Positions 38,701-51,668 of a stretch of DNA of 64,000 bases are shown one piece after another. The notes below the pieces were generated by a model. That model had not been told where the DNA came from and did not search any database. It was given only the letters and a program-made list of their open reading frames with translations. The stretch is taken from assembly GCA_050084515.1 (NCBI GenBank), contig CM114271.1:12028001-12092000 (forward strand), given 5' to 3'. Origin of the DNA: Blasia pusilla. Its lineage: Eukaryota. Position 1 is the stretch's first letter. The number at the start of each line of letters is the position of its first letter. Position numbers and translations under genes: made by a program.

Positions 38701-39360
38701 TATTAATTTTTTATACGATTTTCAATGTTATTTTCACTTGTATGTAGATTTTATAGATATTTGGTAAACATTTCATTTAATAGATATTTGATTTCCTCGT
38801 AACTTTAATATACATCTTATGAATTATTTTCATATTTAAAGCGTATCTATCATACATTTTGATATGATTTTTTCATTTTAAACAAGTAAAACATATCTGT
38901 TGTATTTAAAAAGTATTATATAGGAAAAGATCCAATTTAAAATCCATATGATAAATTATGTATTTAAAAAAAGGCATAACTATTAATGATAATAAAAAAA
39001 AGGAACGTTATCTGGAAATGATCTCTTGGAAGCCCATTTTCAATATCAAAGTGTAAGGAATATTGCTACTCTCTCCATAGCGTATAAATATTGCTAGTCT
39101 CTCCAAGATGACATTATTAAAGAATATAATTAGTGATTTAGGTTCTAAATCAGGGAAATCACACTGATACACCTATAATGGGTTATGTGTCCTTCTCTTG
39201 ATCATCTATATTGTTACGGGAGAGTGCCCTTATAGAGGTGCCATCTCTCCTGATGACATATGTCCATTTTGACCTGTAGGTAAGTGACATGTGTCGCTCT
39301 TTCCTATAAGCTCTTCTCAAACACACGAGCTTTGTCTCCTTGAGCACGGGCACTGGCTAG
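32707..39360 (+). mobile_element. Possible larger Helitron of the same family as 12904-13094, with MULE copy 1 nested inside
   Basis: 5'-like CCTATATAATTAAAAGAGGA at 32707 and 3'-like GAGCACGGGCACTGGCTAG|T at 39342-39361 match the ends of the small intronic Helitron. Pairing of the two ends is inferred. Confidence 0.45.
33675..38630 (-). mobile_element. Mutator-like element copy 1 (decayed transposase on -, SWIM end missing; internally deleted start of the ParB-MTase gene on + at ~38400-38630)
   Basis: WVSFDICYKVLNGW, GFTADNA, DAFH, PNTSGAESVHSSW; palindrome arrays at 34430-35070 and 37370-38200. RQEEIEERERE and CCAATTTTTGAGCGGGTA match exon 1 of the gene at 49734-50474. Confidence 0.85.
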
Positions 39361-41049
39361 TAGTTTCTTAACCACTCCATCATACATAAGCTACTCATAG
39401 ACAAAAAAAATGAAGTCATTTATTATTAAAGAATCAAATTTATTGAAGCGCTGAAATGTCCTATTTATAGAGGCTTCCGCAAACATCGAAAACCTAACGG
39501 AGTTGATTCTAAGGTCGCATAGACTCAAGGGACGTTGTCAGAAATTGAACTACTCCTCAACGGCATCGAGACGACGTTGGTATGTCGACGCGCTCCATAC
39601 GCTTGGAGTGGTGGAACTACGTGGTCTACGTCGCCTATCCAACGGAGTCGATGGTGAGTGGTTGTAGCCGTCCAAAAGATAATGGTAACTTGGGAACCGT
39701 TGGTCCTTGACACAAGTGTGAATCAACATAGCTATATGTATGTTGTTAACATTCTCTTGAGTCAATGGTGTGTGTTGTAAAGGTTAATGCTCTCTTGAGC
39801 CAATGCTAAAGGCTATGTTTTGTTTGTTGCACTAGAGTCGGACAAGGAGAGAGAAAGAGGAGAAAAGAGAAAGAGAAAGAGACGAAAAGAAAGTGAGAGG
39901 AGAGGAGAGATTTTGTGATGTGTGTGGTTGGTTGGAACATCAAGGAGCAGTCACTAGAATTGGCAGGGCGATGTAGTGCTCTTACGGAATATCCGGAGTA
40001 CAGATTTGTGGATTTAGGGGCAGTGTGTCAGTCGGTGAGTATGGCATTTATTGCATGTTTTGCACCATAAGCTTCGCCTTGTAGCGGACAAAGGAAGCAT
40101 GTTCTAATGGACGATTATAGTCAAGAGTCATCTCTTAAGACGTTGGTCACCAAGTTGTTGGAAAAGAAGGGAGTTCTTGCTTGCATTCGGGTATATACTA
40201 CGTTCTTTTTTGTCTAGAGGCATTGTTTGAGAAGCGGAGCATTGCACAAATTTTAGAAAGTTTCACTTTCATGTTTTGAGCTCACAAAAAGTGACCTACG
40301 ATTACAATTGCATTGCCGGATCCACCAATAACGATGGTGTCAAGGTTCATTGAGATTAGGTGACCTTTGTCTCTAGCAATTATCGAGTTGATACTAAGAA
40401 TCCTGTTTTGATCCGGCTTAGCATAATTGGGATAGGTTTTGCTCTAAAATTTCTCATTCCTTTTCAAAGGTCTATTGGCCATGATAGATCCAGGGGTCTT
40501 CCCCTCGAAGACTACTCCACTAATTACAATCTCCACAGACTGCAACATCAGTTAAAAGTGAGAAAACGGAATTACTCGTAATGACTTAATAGAAAAAGTT
40601 TGAGCCCGACCTTGCATTTTTTAGCTCAAGAAACGGGTATGCTAGGCTGCTTGTGCATGGGGTCTCTCCCCATGTGGAATGGCAATTCTCACGCGCTCAA
40701 GTTTGATAGTTTCCAACAAACCTAGAATGGCATTTTTTTGCCAACGGTGCCAGTGCCACTACTCCCAGAGTTGTTGATACTACTGCCATGGATCCTTTGG
40801 CTCATTGCAACCACAGGTAAGGAGAGCACTCCTCAACATCCACTCTCACAAACCTAGACAATAGTGTCCCCGTCGATTGAACCAGACGAGACATGATGGC
40901 TTCATCATTCCTATTCATGAACATCCTCTGCTCCCTATCCTCTCATATCCCACTTCCCAACTCGAGTATAAATTCTACTTTGTGGCCCCATTGACATAAC
41001 TATGGGTGACCTAACTGTCTCCGCCCATCCTAATGCAACACCCCCGTAC

Positions 41050-41260
41050 CTCTCTTAATGAGTACAGTCTCTCTTAAAATCTTCACCACACCATCTACTT
41101 AACCTGATTGGGATTCCCAAAAGACATTACTTATCAGTGGAAGAGCTTTGGGCAATAAATGAAGGCTAGTGAATGTGTTGAACAATTCTTCTCTTAGTAG
41201 CTTAGCAATATGAACATATGCTCTTGCTCAGTGTATTGTGAAATTTGCACAGAAGACCAA
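41050..41260 (-). mobile_element. Decayed 3' fragment of LINE family B
   Basis: CTTCACCACACCATCTACTT..CCTGATTGGGA and GAATGTGTTGAACAATTCT match 15120-15250. Confidence 0.7.
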
Positions 41261-41559
41261 GTAATGAGTGGATATAATATGAGAACAGGATCAAGTAACA
41301 AGACATGCCAATCTTCAATATCCCTTGGTAATTTCTCGTAGATAAGCTGTAGACATGATGAAAGGATATTAGCATTTAACAGATAACTCATATATGAGCT
41401 TTATAGAGCTAGTACATGTAAGGGAATCATCTTGATTGCATCAATTCTCTCTTTTCTAGGTTGAGCTGTTCTCTTGATAAAGCTACTTCGTTGTGAAAAT
41501 ATCCAAATAATTTCTTAGCTAGATAGTTGATCTTCCTGTGGATCAAACTGGATGAAATT

Positions 41560-43830
41560 ACTATTCATCAACAGTAGTCAATGCTCTCATGAAAATGATG
41601 TCACAACCAGTATCATAAAACACTCACTTGCTTCACATTGTCTCGTTCTCAATGAATCAAAATCTTCCCTATCTTGATGCCTTTACAACATGCTCACAAG
41701 GCATTTTCCATACTCTCTCCACTAGCCCCATTGGAACTAATATACTCAACCGACAACTTTTCCCTAGCAATTTAATTCAAGAGCTCCACCGTAATCTTTA
41801 AGTGATCCTTCAGAGCACCACACACCGCTCGAGTCATTGCAGTAGCATGTTGAGGGGAGAAAGCCCTTAAAGTCACTGACATATTGTGAGCCATGGATGA
41901 TCCCCCAAAAGACACAAGGAGATGGGGGGTGCATAGCTGAAGTAAAGCCTCAAAGCCTTTTTCTTCAATGAACACTCTCCTTGTGTTTGCATTTTGCAGT
42001 CTTGTCTCCAGAAGCCGCACTATATCTTTATGCACTCTGGCAAAAAAGCCTCCACATTTCCATTTGACCCATCCCTAGCAGGTTCAACAAGTTGTTGTGA
42101 AGTTCATGCTTATGCCTGTGTTGGAGATGCATCATCTGTGACAGATGGAGCCACAAGTCGTTCCTCTGAATCACTATCCATGGGCACTAGTGAATCAGAA
42201 CTCGGTGCTTCTCTTAAAGTTGCTAAAGTTGGGACCTCAACTGCACCCCCAATTGTTGCAATGGTAGGCCCTCGTAGTGTGGGGGCATGACGCATTAGCT
42301 CATCCACTCTAGAGGCCAGAGATCAAGAGGTGTTATTTGCCAAAGGTCTTAAGTACATCTTTGAGGTGAAAATTCTCACAAAATAACCAAGAGCATTCCT
42401 ATCTTTGACAGCTTGCAGACCCAAGTTGTTAAAAGATAGAGCATCCAGACTGTTAGGTAGACAACTAACCGCTTCTAAAGAAGGAAGTACACCACTTATA
42501 ATTGCATCAAAAAATGCTACAGGAAGGCCAATTGGATCAAGAGACGCAAAATAGGTGGGATCTTTGTGGATAAGATCACTCATTACTCATGCCGCCAATG
42601 AGAAAACTCCTCCTTGGCATGCCTAAAGATGCCTTGACTCCTCCCAAGCATGCGGGAAGAGCACTTTCTTCAGAGCCATGTAACCGTGCAGTACTTCCTG
42701 GTGCATATGTGCCCAAAGCAATTGCTCTTAGCAAAGCCTTGAGTAGAAACCTTTGATGGTAAGGAATCAATGTCTCTACCTAGACAACAGCTTATGCAGA
42801 GTTGCCATCCTCAATCATGGGGGCCTTACCCTTCGAATCTAGCTGTAACTCTTCCTTTTGCTTGGTGGCTCCTTCCTCTAATTAACTGACCTCCAACTTT
42901 AATCTTGCAATGGTATCATCCAGACCATCCAAATCTCTAAACAATGTGTTTGTTGGGTTATTGTTATCCATAAATGCCTCCTAGATATGGACATCAGAGC
43001 TGATTAAATGAGTATGTTGGGAATTCATGTCCTTCAACAAGGGCAAAAGGGTAGGAATAAGCCCCCCTTCCCTAAGCGCTGCACAACCAGATTATGAGGA
43101 GACTAAGACTCTGACAAGCGGGAGAATAGCCTCCACAAATGAGACAGAGCAGCCACATGTTCCACCAATGACAGATCCTATAGCCTTTTTCATAAGACTA
43201 AGTAGAATACCCATGTTTCCACCAACATTGATAACCGTGAGGACATTAGACTACCGAGAACTATTTTGAGACTGGGCTACAAGTGCAAGAACTTGCAATA
43301 TTCTAATATCTTTAGGTATTGACTCCTCTCAGTGCAGAAGTGTGACCAAGTCATTCACAAACACTGTCTCATTGATGAAAAAAGTTGTAAGCTCTTCATG
43401 ATGTGGATTTGACAGCAGTAAGACTGTAAATGCAAGGATTCGTATATACATATGTATGCCTCCTACTTGTGAGAGAGGCAAAGGCTCTTGAAAACATAAT
43501 TCGCATCAAAAAAGAGAAATGCAAACTTTGAGGCACCATGTACTGGTCAATTAGTTGCTTCAAAAGCTAGAGATCATCCTCACATCTTCACTGAAGATCT
43601 GGAATGTGAATGGCTACAAGACTTAAACCTTTGATACAGATTTCAATTCTTCTTCTCCCTATACATTACAATCTGCATAAAATTCAAAGTGAAGAGTTGA
43701 TCCCAGTCTACCTACATCCATCTCGCATCCATTCTCAATCGCACAAGCTAAGAGTCCAAAACCATCTTCTTTGCCTCCCCATCCTTGTGACAATGAGAAG
43801 AGCCGAGTATTCAAGGTTGCGTCTCCATGT
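41560..43830 (-). pseudogene. UPL1: Fragment of a UPL1/UPL2-type (HUWE1-like) HECT E3 ubiquitin ligase, N-terminal DUF908/DUF913 region
   Basis: Recognisable peptides SQGWGGKEDGFGL, YHQRFLLKALLRAIALGTYAPG, GSEESALPACL, MSDLIHKDPT, NNLGLQAVKDRNAL, FIEEKGFEALLQL. Many stops, frameshifts and deletions; no HECT domain in the window. Confidence 0.85.
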
Positions 43831-45391
43831 AGCCTCCTTTTCCCAAGGGGCGAAAAAAAGTAGACATCATAAAACCACTACAAACATTTTTCCATCACTC
43901 TCCATATGAGCCTAAGTTTCTTCATATTGCTTGTCTCACTCTACATTAAGCTATGCCCAGAGGTATTTTTAACTACTCTAACTATGGTCTCAATAGACTA
44001 CGGTGCCCTTGAAGGTTTAACTTCTCGGAATATGTGGTTGACATTATGGATTGATATCTATTCTTGCAAAAGGCATAAAAGACTCCTCAATAAGGGGCAA
44101 AAGAAAGGCAAAAGGAAATGCCTTTAAATGATTGTTGACTCTTCTTGCACAAGGCATCAATACTCATCCATAAGGGGGTTTCCACAACAGAGTAAATCGC
44201 TTGTCACTCATGGTAGCCTTAGACTTTCATTACATCATTTGATGATATGGGCTCTTGAATGGGTGCACAAAGTATGCCATGGAGTGCTATGCGTTTGACA
44301 ACTTGGTTTCACCATTCTCTCTGCCACTGAGAAATGTGAACACATAAGACGACAATTGAACCAAAAGATTGATAGCTGTCTGGAGTAAAGAGGAACTGAT
44401 AAAAAAGAAAACGTGATCAAACGAGACGAAAATTGAAGCAAAAGATATTTAGCTATTAGGAGTAAAGAGGAACTGACGCACCCATGTCCCTTCATTCAAA
44501 TCCTAAATCTGAGAATCCGAGAAGCTGCACCCCTCCCAACCCATCGGAATCGGATGGGTTGCACCCCTTGCAACCAAGCTCACCATAACAAAAGAAGGAT
44601 TTTGAGAAGTGATTCCATTATGCCCTGCACCCCATGAGAATCCAACAGGTTGGGAATCCCACATGGCAATCTGACAGGTAGTAGGAATCCAACACGTCTT
44701 AGAGAAGAGAAGAAGCCTACAACTGGTTTGATGATAATATGGGAACGAGCCAAAAGTGAAGAAGCCCGCCATAATGCCTCAAAAGTTGGACTAACAGGGA
44801 AAGAGTCCGATCACTCAAGCAGCCAACTTGTCGGAATCCGACAGGTTTCCTGAAAGTGGTTAAAATATTGTGAGAAGTTGCAACATGTCGAAATCTGACG
44901 GGTTGCAAAATAAACATTCTTAGTAGATAGACCAACACAATCCACAAGACCAAAAAAGATATTCAGTGAACTTTTACAAACAACATCATGGATCGAAAAA
45001 TTATTGTCCTTTATTACATCCGAGGGAAGCTCGGAAATGTACATTTGATCTAGTCTATGATTTCTTCAACCTCGTCATCTACAAATCTACTCCTAACTCT
45101 CATAGGTTCCTATACAAAAGGAATATCCTAGGATGCAAGTGGCTCCTCTGGCCGATTGTAGACGGGGATCGAAAATGTTGGGGAATTCGAGAGCCTTGCC
45201 CCCCTCCCCTAAGGTACACCATAACAGTCCCATGTAACCTGATTTGAGTCCCACCGCCTTCCTCGACACTAAATGTTGTACGCTCTGCAAGGTGACACCC
45301 ATCCTTTATCAATATGTGCTCCGTCCTTGGAAACCAATAAATCCCTATTCCAAAACGCTTCATTCAAGCTGGGTCCTTTAGTTCTTTGAAC

Positions 45392-48300
45392 TCACTCGTC
45401 ATCGTCCGAAAACTCTTTCAGAATTACTGTCGGCCTTGCCCTCCCGATTTTTGGAATAGTGGGAAGTGACGATGGTGTCACTACCAATGGTAGGTCTGGA
45501 ACCGGAGCTCTCGGCTTTGGAGGAGAGTTGTATGCTCCAACTAGCATGTCGTAATCTGCCTTTGCCTCTTTGTAAAGGTGATAAAGTTAATGCCTTCCCT
45601 CAAGGTAGAGAATGTTCCTGCCACTTTGCCAGGCGCCTCTAATACTCGCCCCTGACAGGCCCACTAAGTCGAACACCAAGTCACCCGGCCTTGAACAGAC
45701 CTCGATGAGCGTTTGCATCAAGGCAGGGGACTTTTCCCTTCCTCCAAGTAAGGGAGTCCCGTCTTGCATGTAAATTCCCCCCGGGGGGGGGGGGGTTATT
45801 GTATAAACTATCTAAGTTGTACCCATTGGAGCATGGATCGACTGGATCCACAATCTAGAACACCTGGAAGTTGTGCTCGGGCCTTACAAAACAGTAAACA
45901 AAGGAGTGGTCCATCTGTAAAGAAGCAGGTTGGAAACAATGTCAGCAAAAAGAAAGAGCTACTTGACCGTTGGTCTACAATATGGTGACACAATGTGCAA
46001 CACGTCTATAGTGCATTCTAGTCCTTGTTGATTACCAACCCATAAGAACTTGGCCTAAAGTCCTAATACTAGAGCAACCTGTCGGAGTCCGAGGGGTTAT
46101 TTTACAAGTGTAATTGTTTTTTTTGCCATGAGCAACCCGTCGAAAGCCGACAGGTTGCTGGCTTAGAGCAACCCATGGTTGGCTAAGAGCAACCCGTCGC
46201 TTTCCGACGGGTTGCATCACTCCAAAAACACAAGGAAAAGCACAAGTACTTGCAACCCGTCGGATTCCGACGGGTTGCACTCGCTCAATGGAGACTTGTG
46301 GTAAATTTGCAACCCGTCATTTTCAGATGGATTGCAACACCGCAGCCACAAGCTCTAGGGATTCGACGGATTGCATGCACAAATGCAACCCGTCAGAGCC
46401 CGACATATTGAATTTGGATTAAGAGCCCTTACTCGTACTTGACTCGTCGCCGATCGGAGTGGATACTCGTTCTTGATGACCCATGATTGCGCCGTCCTCC
46501 ACTTCAGCGACCTCTTCACGCATTGAAGGTTGAAGAGCTCGTCCTCGCTCCCTCTAGTCAAGACCAAGAAACAACTCCTATCACTCAGATAAGCATCCGC
46601 AAAAGAAAACAAGAGCGCGATCTGGTCATAGGTAAGAGGGACATTCCAGTCTGGGACAGTGTCTGACGGATTTTTGTCCCATAAGAAAAACCTAGAGGGA
46701 AAATCTGTGATGAGGAGATCCACCACCACCTCCTTGACCACCCCATGGACCGTCCAAGGAGCGTGCCCGTTTCATTGAAGTTTTCGTCTCACCATGGTCA
46801 ATTTATAGATGGCAGGTGTCGACTCCTGGGAATTGAAACTTTGCAGATCATCCACAAGATTCATGAAGTGAATGAGGACATTTGTCCTGGTCGTTGTTTC
46901 TCTATGTCTTCCCAAGGATGATGGAGTGTATTCCACATCCTTATCTGCTCCTTGGGACGAACCAGGCGCCTCCCGCTTTCGCTTCTCTCAAGTCTGCGGT
47001 CGGCTTGTGGGGGTCTCTGTTACCTCAGACTCGACTAGAGTTTTCTTGGCGGAGGACCTGGTCCGGCCCTCTGGCCCCGCTTGCGTGGAGATTCTGCCTC
47101 TTGCCTTGAGGTCTCATCCTCTTTTCAAAAAGAGTCGGCCTCGGAATTCTTCGATCCCCTCGCCTTTCCTTTCAAACCCATTGTAGATTTGTCCTTGACG
47201 GTGACTACCTTGGACACCAACTCCGCTGTCTCGAGGGCTTGCTCCTCCGCATCTCCTTGGAAAAAATCTTCAGGCTGCACGAAATTCGGAATGTCGTCCC
47301 TACTTGCGACCATTGCATCATACACCAGGCATAGATTTTTGTTGGTTATGTCCTCAAGGTTGTTGAAGTCCAACCAAATTGGGCAATTGTCAACCTCCGA
47401 GTCGGACATGCCCTGTGCCATCTCCATGTCGTACATTGAAAATGCCTCTCCATCAAGCGGAGAAGCCCACAATTTGCAGATTGCCGGTATTTTTTGCCAG
47501 GTACCTGCATTCTTACAATTGATGAGGTACCTGTACACCATCCATTGGGCAGCTCTTTGTCGAGATGAATCGGCCGCCAGCACCTCAAGATCCCGCTTCT
47601 TCTTTGCAAAATCCCTTTTTTTGGCGTCAATTTCTTTATCCAGGTCTGCCTGAGGGAGGATGTGATTCTTGAACATCATCCTAAAGCCTGGGTTTTTGTG
47701 GGCTTGTCTCGGATGTCATCAAGCCATAGTTCAAAATCTTCTGCACTCTCAAGGTTTGCTTCATCCGGAACTGGCTCTATCTTCTTCAGCTCCACTTGAA
47801 GACCCACGAGCATGGACTTCCCAAGAAACCGCTACGCGTCCCATAATGACCATTCACGTAGCCAATGGGAGATCACTCGATCAGAAACTCCTGGAGGATG
47901 GTGTGCCACCCTCTTTTGGGCCTCTGTGCCCTCGAGACTGATTTTCATCAGTTGGATTCTCCTAAACTTAGAAATTCCAGACATTGCAAATCTGTGAACA
48001 CGGTTCAGAGACACTTTCTCGTCGATCCCACCATGCAGATCTTCGTCTCTCTTCCGCTGGAGCTTGATTATCGCCTTGATCTCCTTGTAGAATTATGGGC
48101 CAAGTTTCGGGTTCAGAATGGCAACGTAGCGCTACATCTTGCTTGCAGTGTACTTCATAGCTGCAGATACTGCAGCCTTGATAAACTTTGCACGTTCAGA
48201 CTAAGACACGTTCTCCCTTCGCTCCTGTTCCAATGAAGCGCTCTTCTTGGCGGCCTGGATTTTCGACCAACAAAGTATTGTGACGTCTGCATCTTGGGAA

Positions 48301-50474
48301 ATGAAGATATTTGCCCAAGTCTTCTATTTAATTTGAGCGCCAGCATCTCATTTTCCATAGTGTCGCCCAAGAACCCCTTGTAGTCTATTGGGTGCGTAGT
48401 AATCACCTTTTTCACCCTGTCGCAATCCTAGATCCAGTGGTGGGTGACGTTCCCCTCGGATACAATCCTGCACATCCAAACACACGTTAAGAATTATTGC
48501 AAGCTATAGGGTTCCTGCAACCCGGCGGACTCCGACTGTTCGCAACACCTCGTGGTCGAAATGGTAGCACAGAGAAAAATATTGCAATCCATCGGGGTCC
48601 AACGGGTCGCAACACCTTTTTTTCTGGTACACTTATTGCAACACTCACGCAAATTTTTAGCGATAATTGCAACCCATTGGAGTCCGATGGATTGCACCCG
48701 GATTTGTGATTGTCTGGTTATAACCCGTCGAACTCTGAAGGGTTGTAACTCTGAGACTGGTTTCCGGAAAAAAACTGCACATATCAACCCGTCGGAGTCG
48801 GACAGGTTGCGCAATTTTTAGTAAAGCTGGATTTGGACGCCTAAAAGCAGACTCTCCTACTCCGACCACCTACACGTGGGGGCAAATGCAACCCGTCGGA
48901 GTCCGACCAGTTGCTTTTGGCCAAAAATATCCCAAAAATAGCGGACAGTCCAGCAACTCGTCGGACTCCGACGAGTTGCTTTAAGGCGTCCGATGATTTG
49001 TTACCACTAGTTTAACAACTCGTCTGAGTCTGACGGTTTTTAGAACATATACATCATGCACTCATTTTTACACCCGTCAATGGTGGATTGCTTTCGGTAT
49101 CCCGGCTTTCTGTGGTGTGCTTGCCCACCGTCGCTTGAAGCTTTCCAATTATGCAACCCGTCTGACACCGACGAGATGAAGCAATCAAAATTAAGGAAGA
49201 GCGTATTCATGGCATGCATTGCCATTTCCACCGTTGCCATGTGATGAGGAAATGGATGGAGGAGAACTGCCTTAACGCAAAAATGCGCCTCCAATGAATT
49301 TGGGCGCTCCTCTACAAACTGGGTCCACGCCATGTACTTGTGGTTTCCATCCGAGATGAAGATGTAAAGGTTCCGCATCTAGCTAAATTGCGTTCCCTCA
49401 ATCGCCCTTCTGAATTCCTGATCTCTCATCCTCCAGAATGTATCGAGCGCTTCCAAGTCCTCTTCCGTCACCAGCCCTTGGGTTCCATGTTCATCGTAAG
49501 GCTGAACATAGAACAGAGGGAAGCTGTCGACGTAGGATGCTGTTGCTTCCGACTCAATTTCGCGGACATACTCCATTTTCCAAAATCAGCAAAGTGGAAT
49601 TGTCAGGGCATTTTGGCCCTCCATCAGTGCCATCTGCTTAACAACCTGCCACAATGGGGACCAAGTCAATAAACTACATTGTTTTGCCAATGAATTGGAT
49701 CATGGGCCTTCACATAACTCAAACATTTCTTACCCGCTCAAAGATTGGGTTGGTGTCTTGGCCCGCCAACTGCTCTGGGACAGCAACTCGCAAGTCCATA
49801 GGAAACTCATCGATTCGATAAAGGTCAATTTCTTCGGCCGGGCTCAAAGACGAGTAAGATTGTTTTCCTGCTTCTTCAGAGATGTCCACCATCTCCACGC
49901 TTGCCGTCCTCATGACCTCATCGTCCGTCGCTTGAACTTCGACCATTTCCTCAACCAATTTTATATTCATGGTGTCCCCAGACTTCATCGGGGACATTTC
50001 CTGCATCTCAACACTCTCTGTTGGACGGGCAGGGCTTTCTCCAATGGCAATCGTTTTTTCCCTTCGAGCTTTTGCCAATTCTGCTCTCCTCACGGACGCG
50101 TCCAAACGCTTTTTCTTATGTTTCTCGTCGGTGACTCTTTTCTTCAAGGCCTGCGATGCTTCAACTTTGGCATTTTGTTTTTCGAGTGCCTCTAGAACAC
50201 GTTTTCCAATAAGCTCTTGCCTGTGCATATCTACTTCTCTTTCCCGCTCCTCTATCTCTTGCTGCCTTATCTCATTGGCCGAACGAGGCCCTAGAGATGG
50301 TGACGTAGGAGTCCTCAGGACTTGGGAGTGATGCTCCCTACCTTGCTTGCTTGCATTTTTTTCCTTGTCATGGTTCCCGTCAATGCTTCCTCCTCGACAG
50401 TCTAGACTCTTTTTGTGCACAAAAATTCCCTCGAATGGTCTCGCGATGAATCGCCGTGACCCTAGACCATGCAC
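45392..50474 (-). pseudogene. Multi-exon gene: coiled-coil N-terminus, ParB/Srx-like domain, beta-class N4/N6 DNA methyltransferase-like domain
   Basis: ParB-like IFISDGNHKYMAW (49337-49351; cf. DGxHRxxA). MTase motif IV region VDLLITDFP (~46700). C-terminal REKSPALMQTLIEVCSRPGDLVFDLVGLSGASIRGAWQSGRNILYLE (45600-45745) follows the N6_N4_Mtase pattern KP..L...I...S.PGD.V.D.F.GSG....A...GR.....E. GT-AG intron at 49733-49645; stops consistent with C-to-T changes. Confidence 0.75.
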
Positions 50475-51668
50475 GAAAATTCCCTCTAATGGTCTCGCGA
50501 TGAATTTTTGTGACCCTAGACCGCCGTGACCGTTTCGTGATGAACCGCCCTCAGCCTCCTTACTCCCCTTGGTAGCTGGTTAGATGCTACGCGGAAGAGC
50601 ACATGAAATCGCGAAACAAAAAACGGAAATGAGCAAAACCTCGGCTATTTATACTTTTTGAGCCGTTGAGCTGACCGTTGGGTTGCACCGTCGTACCGAC
50701 GGCGACGTGTCGATTGTTATGGAACTTTGGACGTGGGAACTCGGCCAACCCGACGGTCTTTGACGGGTTGCACGCTTCCCGTGTTTTGGAGATGCATGGC
50801 GAGTTGCCCACGAAACTTGTCCAAGACCCATGGGTTGCACGCATCCGTCCTCCTTGGGTAACAAGCCAAACTACCCTGGAACCCCATCGCAACTGACAGG
50901 TTGCATGCCTCCCCCGTCTTGGGGTAACAACGCGAGGTACCCGCGGAACCCGTAGGAGACCGCGCGGTTGTACGCTTCCCTTGTCTTGGGATAACAAGAC
51001 GAGGTACCCGTGCAACCCATCGTAGGCTGACGGGTTGCACGCTTCCTTCATGTTGGCGTTCCAAGGCGAGCTACGCGCGCAACCCGTCGGAGGTCAACGG
51101 GTTGCACGCTTCCCTCATCTTGGGGTTACAAGGAGAGGTACCCGGGCAACCCATCGGATACTGACAGGTTGCACGTTTTCTCTCCCTCGGGTAACAATGC
51201 GACAAAGCATAGTTCCGAGGCAACTTGTTGCCCTCCGACGGGTTACAAGGTCTACCCAGAGTTGGACACTTCCCAACATATGGCAAAACTGCACTCACGG
51301 TTTGCACGGTTAATTGAGTAACGGAAATCGACGCGAGATGCAAAAGGGAAAGCAAGGTTAGGTACCTTTGGATCCTGTAATAGTCCCTAACGGGTTGCCG
51401 TAGCAAATCCATGCTATGTCTCGTGTTTGATGCTAGAAATCTTGACTCAAATCACATTGGTCAGACAAGAAGGGGGTACCATCCCAATGGACTCCGACGG
51501 GTTGCAACTCACACTGGGACACTAATAGAAAATGGAGCTCCGAGCTTCGCAACCCACGTGTCTGATTCCCAAATTCTGCAACCCATTGAACTTCGACAGG
51601 TTCCAACAAGATTGAATCCATTCCGTCAGAGAATCTCACCTACCAAACAACATCTTGTCAATCAAATT

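Noticed and set aside
39950-40620. Possible hAT transposase relic (C..H.L.L-like and IRW-like traces)
   Set aside because: Too degenerate to support without a profile search.
45392-50474. Bacterial or phage contamination (ParB + N6/N4 MTase)
   Set aside because: The gene has spliceosomal introns, shares motif arrays with the flanking eukaryotic transposase, shows C>T decay and is partly duplicated in copy 1.
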